The notes beneath the pieces are model-generated. The model made no database searches and had not been told where the DNA came from. It was given only the letters and a program-made list of their open reading frames with translations. This document shows, one piece after another, positions 10,139 to 23,160 of a stretch of 64,000 bases of DNA (the stretch's first letter is position 1; each line of letters opens with the position of its first letter). This stretch comes from Octopus sinensis (taxonomy: Eukaryota). A program made the translations under genes and the position numbers. The stretch spans positions 90,334,001 to 90,398,000 of the forward strand of contig NC_042998.1 in the NCBI RefSeq assembly GCF_006345805.1, given 5' to 3'.

Positions 10139-12382
10139 TGTAACGGTTTGTTTTAGTGCAACGGTTTGTATTATGATATATGATGGAGTCGACAATTACC
10201 AATTGTAACGGGTCTTGTTGCAGAAGTGCAAGATGAACGACGAACATTGGTCGAATAAAGAAATATTTATTTACCGTTACTTAATATAATGACTTGCCTC
10301 GACGGGCAGATGTGATAGAATTGAAAGAGTATGCTAGATTAAGAAAGTTAATTTCGGCCTGTATGTGTGTACAGGTTGTTATTGTAGTAGTAAACCATAG
10401 ATAGTGATAGCATGATGTTGTAAGAGAAAAGAAATTGAGCTAGTGAAAGTTATAGAGTCGAGGGACATTGTATCTCATAGTTGACTGGTTGTAACCTTCT
10501 TTCTCCTTCTGGCCGTTTGTCTTTAGTGGCTGCCTGTTTGCGGTCTCTGTTCTCTAACTGATGGTGCGCTCTCACTAATTGATTTTGCCTTACCTAATAC
10601 TAGCATTTATTACTATCCAAAACCAGTTAGAAGGAGAGACATATCGTTGAGAACAATAGATTTCGTTGGTAGTCGAATGTAAATGTTATCTCAATTCTAA
10701 CTTTTGATGGCCTAGCAGCGGTTAGAAGGGTTAACTGGCAAAGACATTATTCTGCTTTGCGAAGGCATCTAGCAAATGTAACTGCTGTCACTCACAGAAA
10801 AAACTATTGTTTTACCATGAGAAAAATGCTGTTGAACTGTTAAGTGAACTTTGGCGATCGAGGACCGAATTCACACCATGCTTGCATGAAGCCACTACAT
10901 CACCCTGCCTCCGGAGAGGTTCCAAGAAAAAGAAATGAACGATTGAGGAAGAGAAATGCATGACTGAGGAAAAACTTTGCATTTTGCAGTACGGATAATG
11001 AGTTAGCGCGTGAGGGTGTATACACGAGTGCAGGTGCACGTATCGAAATTCACTGTAAAATAAGCTCAGGTGAGCGATTGAGTGTATTCTAAATTCATGA
11101 TATCGAAGATCTTCCTGCAGGGTTTCAGTATGTGAAATGCCTTGGAGGTTTTTCAGAAGTGAGATGTGTCTGGCGTTGTTGTCGACGGTAAGAACGACAG
11201 TGTAGCATGCTGGAGTGATGTGCGAGACAGGTAATTTTCTCCGTTCATTAAGTGACCAAACAGGGGTCTAATAGAGGGAAATTATGTCTAACATGAACGC
11301 AGAGAGCATGTGAACATCCGACATGCATCGAGTCGAGAAAGGGGCACAGATGTGCTGAAAAACAAGGCAGTAGAGACATAAGAAGGTTGTGTGTGTGTGT
11401 GTGTGTGCAAATGGGTGCACAAGCTGAGGCAGTAATGCTAGTGAATTGATTACAAATACAGTGTTAAATTTTCCAGTGATTGAGGTAGTAAATGCTTTTC
11501 AACGTACAGGAGCAAAAGTGTGACATGCTGACGCGTTAGAAGGGACAAACAACTTTCTCTATGTATACGTGACCGACTTAGGGTCTTACAGAGGCAAGTT
11601 GTGTCTATAAGGGTGCAGGGAGCATGAAAAACAAGCTAGAAAGGCATGTTGTGGTGCATTAATGCGACAGTGTTAGCATGCAGGTACATGTACGAACGTT
11701 GTGCGGTGCAGTAAAAGAAATGAACGGTACAGAAAAGAGTAAACAAAAGTTGGCAAACTTAGCTGAAAATAGTGTCTTTTCTTAAAAGTATATAGCTGAA
11801 AGTGGAAAAAATGTGTATGCAAAGCAAAAGAGTTGCTGAGAGTCTATATGAGATTCTTAGATACGTGCACAAATTCATAGACAATGCAGGGTCTGTACGT
11901 CGGGACGAGACGAAAAGCGAGTCTGTGCCGAAGACGTTGCATGTTCAGGCTTCCGTATTTTCTTCCAGTTAATTTGGAGTCATCCAAAATTGGTCAGCGA
12001 ATTCTTTGTGCGTCGGCAGGGTTGCATTGTAGTGAAATTAATCGCAGTTTGCATCGCAGTATAGTGCTTTCTGTTGCGCGTACTGTTACAATTGGAACGA
12101 GGGTGCATCTTGGTGGTGACGAAGGTTGTCATTCTTTTCCTCTGGTTTAGCAACTGTTGATATGAAGACTGTAGTTCTTTAGTTCGGAGTCAGCAAATAT
12201 AGCATATAGCATTAGAAGGTAACAATTGTTTTTAGACGGAGTGACCAGTTGTAACGATGCCTGTTATGGTAGTTGTAACAATATGCAACGGCTTTTGTCG
12301 CATCAGAAGGAAGTAGTTCTTTCTAGTCGGAGTTACCAATGTAACGGTTGGGATCACCAGTGTAACGGTAGTTGAGGTTACA
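10139..12382. mobile_element. 2.24-kb non-coding insertion with TGTAAC...GTTACA termini and 4-bp TSD (CGTT/CGCT): probable long solo LTR
   Basis: Removing it and one TSD restores the gag frame (tgc aag cgt tgg tca gac = CKRWSD); TG...CA ends; no long ORF. Confidence 0.75.
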
Positions 12383-15237
12383 CGCTGGTCAGACGATGGA
12401 AAAATGAGACTACTGTTACGGAAACTAGGTCCTTCAAAACATGAAAAGTACTGCAATTTTATCTTGCCTAAAACATAAATGAAATTTGTTTCGAAGAAAC
12501 AATTGAATTGTTATCCAAAATGTTCAGTGATAAGAGTTCCCTGTTGAACACTCGCTAGGAGTGTTTGAACCTAAGAAGAGGACGAAGACTTTGTCAGTTA
12601 TGCTGGAATCGTAAATAAAATGTGCGAAAATTTTAAACTGAAGGAATTATCTCCGGACATGTTTAAATGCTTCATCATTGTGCAAGGCTTTACGACAAAG
12701 ATGCAGAAATACGTGCACGGATTCTTACAAAACTAGAACAGGCGGACCAGAATTTAACTCTGTAGGTAGTAGCATGAGAATATCGAAGAATTATCAACCC
12801 GCGACAGGACATGAAGAAAATTGAAGAAAAACATTCTCTCAAGTACAGACATATTGACCGGGAATAAACAATCCATACTACGGGCGTGGAGGTCTGCATT
12901 TTAAGAAAGACTGTCCTTTTCCTGAAATGTTGTCGGATAAATTAGGTTTGTGTACTGAGACTGGGGTATGTTTCCAAATTAAGGAAAACCAAAAAGAACA
13001 GTACCTTTTGTTGCGATAAAACATGTCGATGAAGAATTAGATAGATTAGAGAAAATTGGAGTCATCCAAAAAGTGGATGTGCATTTTAAAAAAGAATAAC
13101 AAATCAGTGTGTACCAATTTTTCCACTGGCTTGAATGAATGTCTTAAAACGTGTCACTACCCGCTACTGTTTCCGGATGATATTTTTGCGAAGTTAAACG
13201 GGAGCAAGATATTTTCGAAACTGGATCTCTCCGATGTGTACCTACAAATTAGAGTAGACGAGGAATGCTCAAAATACATAACAGTGAATACGCATAAAGG
13301 ACTATATAAATATAACAGATTACCATTTGGTCTGAAGGTCGCACCTTCAATTTTTCAACAGGTTATGAATGCAATGTTAGCGGACTGTGAATCCGCAATT
13401 CCATACCTGGATGATATATTAATTAAAAGTGAATTTCATGGTCAGCATGTCGAGCCTGTAAAATGTGTTTTTGAAAAAATTAAAGATTACGGTTTCACAC
13501 TAAGTAAGGAAAGATGTGAATTTTTCTTACCTAGAATTAAGTATTTAGGACAAATTATCGACAGGAATGGATGACGACCCGACCCGTCGGGGGCAGACAC
13601 AATTAAAAATATACTTCCTCCGACTAATATACTTACTTTGCAAGCTTTTCTAGGGTTAGCGAATAATTATCAAAATTAATTACCAAATATGCATGAATTG
13701 AAAGCTCTACTAAATAATTTGCTACAAAACGATGTGAAGTGGAATTGGTCAATTAATTGTCAAAAGGCGCTCGACAATATTAAAAAAATATTAATATCGG
13801 ATTTGTCGCTGGTTCATTTCGATCGTGAAGCGGAAATTGTTGTAGCTTCTGACGCTTCTGAATATGGCATAGAAGCAGTAATGCTACACAAATATAAAGA
13901 CGGTGGTTCATGATAGCGGCAGAGAAAAACTGTAATCAAATAGAGAAAGAAATCAAATAGTGATTATTTTTGCCGTGAAGAAATTTCAGATTTTTGCACG
14001 GTTGAAATTTTCGGCTACAAACTGATCGCCGACCATTATTATCAATTTTTGGTTCGAAAAATGGAATTCCTACCCATACAGCAAAATAGGTTATAACGCT
14101 GGGGTACAGTATTATTGAACTACGACTTTAATATGGAATATGTACCATCCAAGGGGTTAGGTCATGTGGATTGTTTATCAAGGCTAATTCCAAAAAATTT
14201 GGAATCATTGGAAGACGCGGTGATAGCCTCATTACAAGAGGAAAATGGAATAAAAACCATTTTGTGTAATGTCATTCGGGAACTGCCAGTAACTGTTCAA
14301 GATATAAAATTAAAATCAGAGAATGACAAGTTCCTTGCAAAGATGAAAGAAACATTGAAGGTAAAAGAAAATAAATATACACGAAACACAAACGCGAACC
14401 ATTTTTTTTTCTCTGTTTGATAATGCGTTGATGTACGCACAAAGAGTTGTAGTGCCAGCCGCACTTCAAAAGCGTGATTTAATGAATTTCATATGGGACA
14501 CGCAGGGATTTCAAGAATGAAATCAATAATGAGGAATTATATGTATTGGCCTACTGTGGACTGTGATATTGAACAATTAGTGAAGTTCTGTAGAGGTTAT
14601 GCTCTCGCAGCAAAGTCACCACTGGTGAAATTCCAATCGTGACCTAAGACAGACAGTCCCAGGTTCAGGCTACATATAGATTTTGTTGGACTGGTAAACG
14701 GCGCGTAATATCTAATCATAGTAGACAGCTGTACCAAGCGGTCTGAGATAAGTAAATATAGTGAACTAACCTCGAGGGTAACAATAAGGTTCCTTCACGA
14801 ACTTTTTGCGCGCTACGGTGTCCCAGACACCATAGTATCGGATAAGTTTTGATGGTACGAATTTTAAAATTTCTGTGAGATATATGCAATCAATCACATC
14901 TCTACTCTGCCGTGCCACTCGAAATCAAATGGGCAAGCAGAAAGGTTTAAGCGAGAACTGAAAAAGTTTAAGCGAGAACTAAAAAAATCAGGAAATGAAT
15001 AAGGCAATGATGCTGCACTAACTCAATTCTTAAGGGTTTACAGAGTAATACCTAACCCAAACACCTGTTCAGGCAAGTTCCCGAGGAGTTAATGTTTGCC
15101 CGGAAGATAAAATCAATTTTTTATAAATTATTACCTACAAAAGAATCTTACAGGGAGAACCCAAGAAATAACTTACAGGGAGATAAAGTTAATTTCAAAA
15201 TATATAAGAACGGAAGACAAGGTTGGGAGGACGGTAT

Positions 15238-15626
15238 GGAATGGAAGCACTCCGTCGGTTCCGACGACGATGGTTCCGGTTGATCCGATCAACGGAACAG
15301 CCTGCTCGTGAAATTAACGTGTAAGTGGCTGAGCACTCCACAGACACGTGTACCCTTAACGTAGTTCTCGGGGATATTCAGCGTGACACAGAGAGTGACA
15401 AGGCCGGCCCTTTGAAATACAGCTACAACAGAAACAGGAAGTAAGAGTGAGAGAAAGTTGTGGTGAAAGAGTACAGCAGGGATCACCACCATCCCTGTCG
15501 GAGCCTCGTGGATCTTTTTAGGTGTTTTCGCTCAATAAACACTCACAACGCCCGGTCTGGGAATCGAAACCGCGATCCTACGACCGCGAGTCCGCTGCCC
15601 TAACCACTGGGCCATTGCGCCTCCAC
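15238..15626 (-). mobile_element. Full-length tRNA-derived SINE inserted in the Gypsy 3' region, 13-bp TSD
   Basis: TSD gggaggacggtat at 15225-15237 and 15627-15639; A box TGGCCCAGTGG, B box GGTTTCGATTCC; (TTCCA)n tail. Confidence 0.9.
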
Positions 15627-16244
15627 GGGAGGACGGTATAGTGACGAAAAGAATAGGCAATATTATGTACATAATAAAAGGTCAAATAGGAGAGCACAAA
15701 CGACATTTCAACCAGTTGAAGACTAGACATACCGAAGAAAGAGAAGAAATACCGATAGTAGTTTTTTTTTTGTCTTGTTCGATGTTCCAACGCCAAAAGC
15801 GGTTGAACCTAGGCGGATCAGCAATAGAAAGCGTAAACAAACAGAGCAACTAGAAATAGTCTCTAAGCGAAAGAAGTATTAAAACTTCTGAGAAAATGAA
15901 AATCTCAAAAAGGAGAGGTGCTGATGAAAAAAAATAGAACAGAATTAAATAAACAATTTACACTTCCTACAGAAATCAAATCTCAAAAGGGGAGATGTTA
16001 TGGCGAGAATCATGATACCCCCAGTGAGAAAGGATTAGCCGAAATCGTATAAGTAGCGGCGTGTTTGACTGAGAGCGAGAGATCAAAAATCGCAGATTGG
16101 TGTTGGTGGTGTTTTTCTTTAGCGTGAGTGCGAGATGTTACACATTGATTGATTGATTTTTCCAGTTTCAGCTAATGAGCTGTGGCCATGCTGGGGCACC
16201 GCCATTTAACATTGTTATTGTATATTTGTTGAGGGTCTCCCCGT

Positions 16245-17233
16245 TTGGGTGTGCCGCGATTTGTTGAATTGTTTAGGTTGTTGAATTTGAAGGGGGAAGG
16301 AAGATGGAAGGTGGACGGGGTTGCGCAGCGGCGGCAGCCCAGGGTGTGGGAAGTATGGATTGGGCCGGGAGGGTGGAGGGAAGGAAGCGAGTTCCTGGAG
16401 GAAGAGGGAGCCGGTCTAGGGCTGGCTCCCCCAGAGAAATTGAGAGGTGATGTGGCAAGGAGAGCGGTGGTTTGTAGGACGTTGTCCGCGTCCTGGAACG
16501 GGATGGAAGTGGCCCCGATGAAGACGATGGTGAGGTACCTCAAAAATGTTAAAAGTTGACCACTTTTTGTACACGTGGAGTGGGGTACAGCACGGTGGGT
16601 TTGGCAGCGAGGAGGATGCCGTGGGCTGCTCCACTGTGCCGATAGGGACGGCGGAATGGGTACTTCTGCCGACGTGCTGTGGCAAGCACGTTGCCGGAGT
16701 AAGAGTTGGCAGAGTACGCCCCTGAAATTGGGGAAGCATGGCTGGTGGCAGCCATAATGTACGGTATGGAGGATGAGGCGAAAATCCTCAAGATAACGAG
16801 GACAAAAATGGTCACTTGGTGTGGGTATGGCCTCGAGATGGCCATACAGGTGAGTTTAAAAGACCTGTATGACATCACGGAGGAAATCATACTCCCGGAA
16901 GACACCAGACTTCCAGTAGTAGAAGGAAGACCGCCAACATGTTTCCTACGTGTCAAAAAAGGGCGCATGAAAGTAAGGTGCCCTCAGAAGGAAAACGAAG
17001 AGGAGGAGAAGAAAAGGGAAGAAAAGAGTGCAGAAGTGGTGATACCAGTGACAGAGAAAGATAGCGTGGAGGAAGCCGTCACAGTCGTAAACAGGAGGAA
17101 GAGAAAAGAACGGATGAGATCTCCTCCAGAAAGCCAAGGTCAATTGGTAGGTGTATGGCCTCGAGATGGTCATGCAGGTGAGTTTAAACAGGAGGAAGAG
17201 AAAAGAACGAGTAAGCTCTCCCAAAAAGGTTGA
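16245..17233 (+). pseudogene. Frameshifted LINE ORF1/Gag-like unit 1 (degenerate zinc knuckle)
   Basis: LLPTCCGKHVAGVRVG../PEIGEAWLVAAIM...EGRPPTCFLRVKKGRMKVRC aligns by eye with unit 2 (ILPTYRGRRTARVRVDGIPPEIDVASVAAAV...EGRTPSCYKCGQKGHIRADC). Confidence 0.65.
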
Positions 17234-17289
17234 AAGATATTGAGATGGGGAAGAAGTAAAACAGGTGCGACACACCAACAGAATTAATA

Positions 17290-17679
17290 ATGGAAGACGG
17301 CGCAGAAACAGAAACACCAGTACAACAGGATGTAGAAGGAGGCAGCGTTTATGATTTTTCTACACGCCCGGACAGCCCAGTTCCGGAACTGAAGCAAGCG
17401 GAGGTGAAAAGGAAAAAATACAAATGGCATAAGGTCGCGTATGCCAAAAGTACAGCAATAGAGAAGAAGATTATAAAGTATAAATCAATAATAAGAGTAA
17501 GGCTGCCTTCAGAAAAATACTCGGAAAAGACTAAAGGAATCATCATAGAAAGAGAGAGATTTGAAAAATTGAGAGAACTGTTTGGAAGCAGCATAGACCC
17601 GTTTAGGGTTGAAATCGAGTTTGACGAACTACAACCAGTCGTAGATTTCGAAGATCTAAAACCATTAATGAACGTTTAA
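17290..17679 (+). CDS. Orphan 129-aa open frame of unknown function between ORF1-like units
   Basis: ATG-initiated, uninterrupted, purine-rich like the neighbouring retroelement ORFs; no recognised motif. Confidence 0.3.
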   Translation: MEDGAETETPVQQDVEGGSVYDFSTRPDSPVPELKQAEVKRKKYKWHKVAYAKSTAIEKKIIKYKSIIRVRLPSEKYSEKTKGIIIERERFEKLRELFGSSIDPFRVEIEFDELQPVVDFEDLKPLMNV

Positions 17680-17848
17680 AAAAGGAAGGAAAGAAAATTT
17701 GTTATTAAAAAAAAGAGGAAAAATAGACTGTTAAAATGTTTCGAAAAAAAGAAGAAAAAGAACGATACAAAAAGAAAAAAAGAGTGTAAGAACGATTTAT
17801 TTAATTGTAGAAATTAACTGTTAAATGATACTGCTTGAGAGTGACGCT

Positions 17849-19423
17849 CAATGCAGCCATTCCACCATCATTTGTCGGTGTGAACGGTTCTGTTTTTTTT
17901 TTTGTGTGTTGTTTTGTAGAGGTTTATGTGGCTGTGCTGTTCCTCAGCGTTTTGACGAGAGATGGCTGAGTCTGTGAAGAAAAATATGTTCTACTCGGAC
18001 CTGAGTGTCGTCTTCGGAATTATCGTCATCCGAAGGGGAGCTGGTAAAAGCTATAGAAATAATGTACAAGTGCCTAAAGTTGAAAAGATTTGCGGATGTC
18101 AGGGAGGTTTCAAAGAAGAAGGTAAGCCTCAAAAACCTGAAAAATTTTGAAAAAATGTTAGAAAAAAGGTGGTGATATGAAACTGTCACCACCGCATGAA
18201 GTTCTAAAAACATGAAAGAAATAAAAATAATATATAAAGTTTACTCAATTAAGGAAAAAAGAATGGAAAATTAGCCTACAGATGAAATAGAAAATGCTTT
18301 GAGGTCAATCTGGCAAGATATAACATACTTTAAAAATAAAGAAAAGGCAAAAGAACACAATGAAGACGGAAAGCATGATCATCTTACCCACATACCGCGG
18401 AAGAAGAACTGCCAGGGTTAGAGTGGATGGAATCCCCCCTGAAATAGACGTGGCTTCGGTGGCGGCGGCGGTGCTTCTTGGAAGTGAGAAAGAGGGAGCC
18501 ACGCTCCAAGCCAGAGAAACGGAAGTAACAAATTGGCGAGGTAAAATTATTAACATTATGACACAAACTTCAGCAGAAAATCTGGAAAAATTATCGGAAA
18601 CAGTGACAGTAGGAGAAACGGTGATGAAAGTGTGGGAAGAGGGCAGAACCCCTAGCTGCTATAAATGTGGCCAAAAAGGCCACATTAGAGCAGACTGCCC
18701 TCTAAAAAACAAGCAAGCCCAGGAGAAATTCGAGAAGGAGCCAGAGAGGGTGGAAGATGTGGATGAAACAGACGAGGAAAAAGTATGGAGAGTAGCTAGA
18801 AGAAGAAAACAAAAGAAGAGGAAGAAGGACAGTCAAAGTAAACCCCAACCTGCACCCACCCCACCCATACATTCTCAATCCCACCCTCCCTCTGAAGACA
18901 CCAAACCCACCCATTCCCCACCGACAAAAAAAAACGGAAAAAGAAGTGCAAACACACAAAAAGTCACAAAACTCCCCTACCACTTGTTATGCTTGTGTTT
19001 TGTTTAAGGGCATGGATAAGGAACTGGTGGACAAATTGTCGCAATGGAGAGACGTGAGAATTGTTAGTATGAAAGGAGATAAAAAGGAAAATATGGTCGC
19101 AAGCGCATTGGTGCCCGAATGTCGGATGAGAGAGGTTAAAGAATATAAAGAGGGTATTACATTCAGAAATGTGATTTGCAACATAAGGAATATACCAAAC
19201 GAGATAGAAAATACGGAATCAGAAGAACGTTACGGAATCATTTTGAACTGGATCTAAAGAGAAGTAAATGATGTAGCTGAGGTAGGGTATGTGGCACGTT
19301 TCCATATATCATTTCATTTTTTCATTCATGTTTACCATAATTTTATTGTTTTAACTGTTATTTGTCCCCACATGTATTGTATTGTCCTTTCTGTGTGTAC
19401 CCTTTGTGGGTAGTAAAAAACCA
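17849..19423 (+). mobile_element. ORF1/Gag-only LINE-like unit 2 with intact CCHC zinc knuckle
   Basis: CX2CX4HX4C CYKCGQKGHIRADC at 18657-18698 in ORF 18360-19007; bounded by direct repeat caatgcagccattccaccatcatt (17849, 19424); ends in T-rich UTR-like sequence and agtaaaaaa; no RT or endonuclease motifs seen. Confidence 0.65.
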
Positions 19424-19765
19424 CAATGCAGCCATTCCACCATCATTTTCTGTGTGAACGGTTGTGTTTTTGTTTTGCTGCGGTTTGTGTGTGTGTGTGT
19501 GTGTGTGTGCGTGTGTGTGTTCGTGTGTGCGTGCGCGTGCGCGCGAAACCACCGTTGTTTGGTGGTAGTGAATATTTGTGAAGAGTGGGAAGTTATGCAG
19601 AAGCTACTGGAGGTCGTGTTCCCCTGGACCCGAGTGTGCTGAAACAGAAGATGTGGCAGTGCAATAGAGAGCTGATAGTGAAATATAGTAATATGGTAAA
19701 GAAGGAGGGGTCAAATATAAAACTCACCCTGCCAGAGGAGGAAAACGTGAAAATAGGAGTGGCTG

Positions 19766-19872
19766 TGTAGTAAGTATCTTACTTACCAACCACATAGTTC
19801 CGGGTTCAGTCCCACTGCGTGGTACCTTGGGCAAGTGTCTTCTACTATAGTCTCGGGCCGACCAAAGCTCTG
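19766..19872 (+). mobile_element. Truncated tRNA-derived SINE (same family as 57281-57725)
   Basis: ggagtggctgtgtagtaag...gttccgggttcagtcccactgcgtggtaccttgggcaagtgtc. Confidence 0.8.
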
Positions 19873-20597
19873 TGTATGAGCATGAGTGCTTAATAAAGAA
19901 ATAGAGAGAGGGACATCGCTGGAAGTCGAAAGGTGTCGTTTGTGGAGTAGCAGGAAATTGTTGAGAAGTTGTTCTAATTCGTTGAGAGTTGTGTTTGGAT
20001 TAGTTACAGCTGTTGATAGAGTATTTGGGAATACATCAAGGGGAGACAGTTGGTGCCTACCCCGTCCGTAGTATTGTATATCACACTGTTATTAGTGCAC
20101 GATACTAAGGTGACATACCTACAAATCCCGTTATAAAAGTGGCAACGTGAATATCTACGCTACAACAGAAACAGTTATAGAATTTCAGGCCTTTAAAAGC
20201 TAAATTGTTGCAGTTTAGCATTCAAAGGCCTGCAATTCTATAATTATAATTTCCTGGTACAAAATTGTGAAGAAAGGAGTTTGTAGATTTAAGAATAACT
20301 GCAACTAATCCGTTCTTTCTTAAATGTCAAGGTTTGAGACAACACCTTTCAAAATCTTCAATATATATGCTGGTGCAGCATGTTATGACCTACTTCACAT
20401 TGTGAAGTGAATAGGGGCTTCAGAACATTATTTAGAACTTAGAAATACGAAAAAATATAGTTGATATTTTTTTACTATTTCCAGCCAAAGGATTGTGGCC
20501 ATGCTGGGGCACGTCACTGACCGAAAGTTTTCAAATAATTTCAGCTCAGGAAATAACATATATTCAATTACCTAACAGTTAGTTTCAATATGGTAAT

Positions 20598-20975
20598 ACA
20601 AAGTGTCCCAAAAAATTGACATCATTTGAAATGTGAATATCTGAATAACTACATGTCCGTACCAAACGAAATCAAATAAGCTTCATGCTGAACAATAAAA
20701 AATTTATTTATCACAGTTCGGACAAGTGATTCAGAGGGATGTATATTTTACAACCGATTTCAAAAAGCTTCATAAATGCTCGATATGCGCACCGTCTGTG
20801 ACACAACAAGCGTCAAATCGGTAGCTCCAGCCAAACACGCTGTAGCCTGTCTTGCGTAACATTCTCCAGCACTTCAGTGATTTTCTGTCTGAGTTCCTCT
20901 AGGCTTGTAGGATGAGGTGTGTATAGACCAGACCTTTCACATAGCCCCAGACAAAAAATCACAAGATGAACGTGG
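20598..20975 (-). mobile_element. Tc1/mariner-superfamily transposase C-terminal remnant
   Basis: Minus-strand FVWGYVKGLVY..PTSLEELRQKITEVLENV...DGAHIEHL* (one frameshift), with a TIR-like end tacaaagtgtcccaaaaa. Confidence 0.6.
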
Positions 20976-23160
20976 TGGCCACTTCAACAGCACATTGTCA
21001 TTATCACTGACATACCCTATCCAAAATTGGTTTTTACACATTTTGTTAATATTTGAGTTCATTTGAACGAGAGCTGGCTATTTTCCATAATCGGTGCGAC
21101 AAATTATTAACGAGTCAGAGAATAAAGAGTTTTTCATCAAGGCGAGTTATGCAGATCCTACCGTTTTCAGAGGAGAATTGATATATAACGGAGCCTATGT
21201 AACCAATGATGACCCAAGCTGAATTATCAAGACAATGGATGAACAACAGAATTTGTAACGTTTCTGGCTTTGATCTACTGTGCAATTTGCGAAGGAATAA
21301 AGTCTCACTGTTATTTTAAAGTTGGTTTCTTTAGTTACTTCTACGAATGAACACGCAAAATTTTGTACAATGATATGCATTATTCATTAGTAAAACCAAG
21401 GGAGACTTTAACCAACGTAAAAACGTAATAAAACTATGAGTAAATGCTAAGTTTCGAATGCAGAAGTTTAACTAGAGGGCGAGGGGGCGATTCACTCTGG
21501 GTAACGTTTTTATGGGGGTGGCGCTTTTAGGTTTGTTGTATAATCCTATATAAGCTGTGAAGATCGGGGGAGCGATAAACTCAAGTGCTTCCCCGGACGG
21601 CACACGTTCTTCATACGCCACAGCTCTAATTGAAAGTTTCATTTTCATTGCATAAAGCAGATTATAGATTAAACATTTTCAGATTATAACGAAAACTTAT
21701 TTGTGGTAAGATTCCATTGTGATCTATTATTTGTTCCTGAGTGATGTGATAATGAAATAAGTTCATTGAGTTGTCCAATGAATACAGAGAAGCGCCTGTA
21801 TTCATATTGGAATTTAAACATCTAAGTTACCCATCCATCATATTCACTCAGCCATTTCGCCTCTACTTAGTGACATAATTTTTTTTATCTGCTTGGTCTG
21901 GAGGAAAGGACAGTATTCATGACTTTTGCGGGCCCAGCTAGACAGGTGTGACTGAGGTTATTGATGTTCCTATTGAAAGCAACGAGCTGACATAATCGTT
22001 AAAGTGTCGGAAAATGCTTTGCGATATTTGTTCTGGCACTATACGTTCTAAGTTCAAGTTCTACCGAGGTCAACTTCGTCTTTAATTTTTTTCAGGGCCG
22101 ATAAAATAAAGTACATGCCAAGTACTGGAATCAATAGTATCGACCATGCCCTTACCTAAATTAGAAGTCATTAATGTTCCTACTGGACCTGCAGGAAAGA
22201 CATGGGCAGAGAGGGGATTTCAGAGGGATGTCGATTTGAGAAGGAAGGATTGGGATAGAAATTAGTATAGACCTGGATGTGTTGATCACAATAACGGGGA
22301 TGAGAGGAAGAGAGTAAGTGGGACGGGAATAGTTCAGCGAAGATGAAATTAAATGACTACGGCGTGGAATCGAAACCAGTTCCCGACGGTGGATATACTG
22401 ATTTCTTACACATAACCACAAATTTTCAAATTGTTAATGAATATAAAATTATGTGATGTTCATGCCTTATGTAAAGATGTTAATGACGTAAGAGAATAAA
22501 ACTATTACAGTCTGCATTGCTTCCTGCTCACGGACAAGTTATTTACTATATTAGGTGATGACGAATCCCATACAGGTGTCCATTGAAAACTAAAAATATC
22601 TCATGGTGTGAGCATAAGATTAAAAGTAAGATTTATCGACACATTCAACCCATCTCTACAATTGTTTCTCGATACAAGGTATGGTTCGTTGGACATATTG
22701 AACACCAGACCCTATCGAATGTTATACTTTGGAGGTTTGCATAGAGAGTAGCTAAAACAAGTCAGCCTATTCCATTCTAGGATTGGAACTAAGAACTATA
22801 AAGTAACAGATCACTCGTCACTTAAACAGTGTTCCCGCTGCTTACATTGTTAGAAAATATACCCTCATATGATATCTACTGATAGCTTGATACGATGGTA
22901 TAGAATATTTAATATCTTAATCATGTACACGGCGCTGCACCGATGGCTACGAGTGAATTTTCTACCAGTTCACCTAACAACTCTGCCTTCTATCAATCAA
23001 ATCAGTGTTTTTCATAGGCATAAGGTTACTCTAGTCTCTTCGTAAGCCAGTGAGAACTGAAAAAGTGGCAGACAAAGGACCAACTTTCAAATATTAAAAT
23101 GGTTTAAACTCATTAAATCTGTCTACTTGCCAAGGCAAAGAAAGAACAATTATATAAATG

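Larger units (their letters stand above)
9891..16135 (+). pseudogene. Decayed Ty3/Gypsy retrotransposon (K02A2.6-like gag-pol), protease region deleted, with nested insertions
   Basis: Gag FSYNPEEGITFSIYFRRYEDIF...WSDDGKMRLLLRKLG; RT LPFGLKVAPSIFQ...YLDDILI (13056-13574); RNase H ASDASEYG; integrase zinc finger and core (~14480-15060); PPT aaaaggggaga 15985-15995 followed by TG; many stops and frameshifts. Confidence 0.88.

Noticed and set aside
15555-15626. tRNA gene (A and B boxes; also at 43806 and 57281)
   Set aside because: These are SINE heads: no acceptor-stem closure, and they continue into SINE bodies (TSD and tail visible at 15238-15626)
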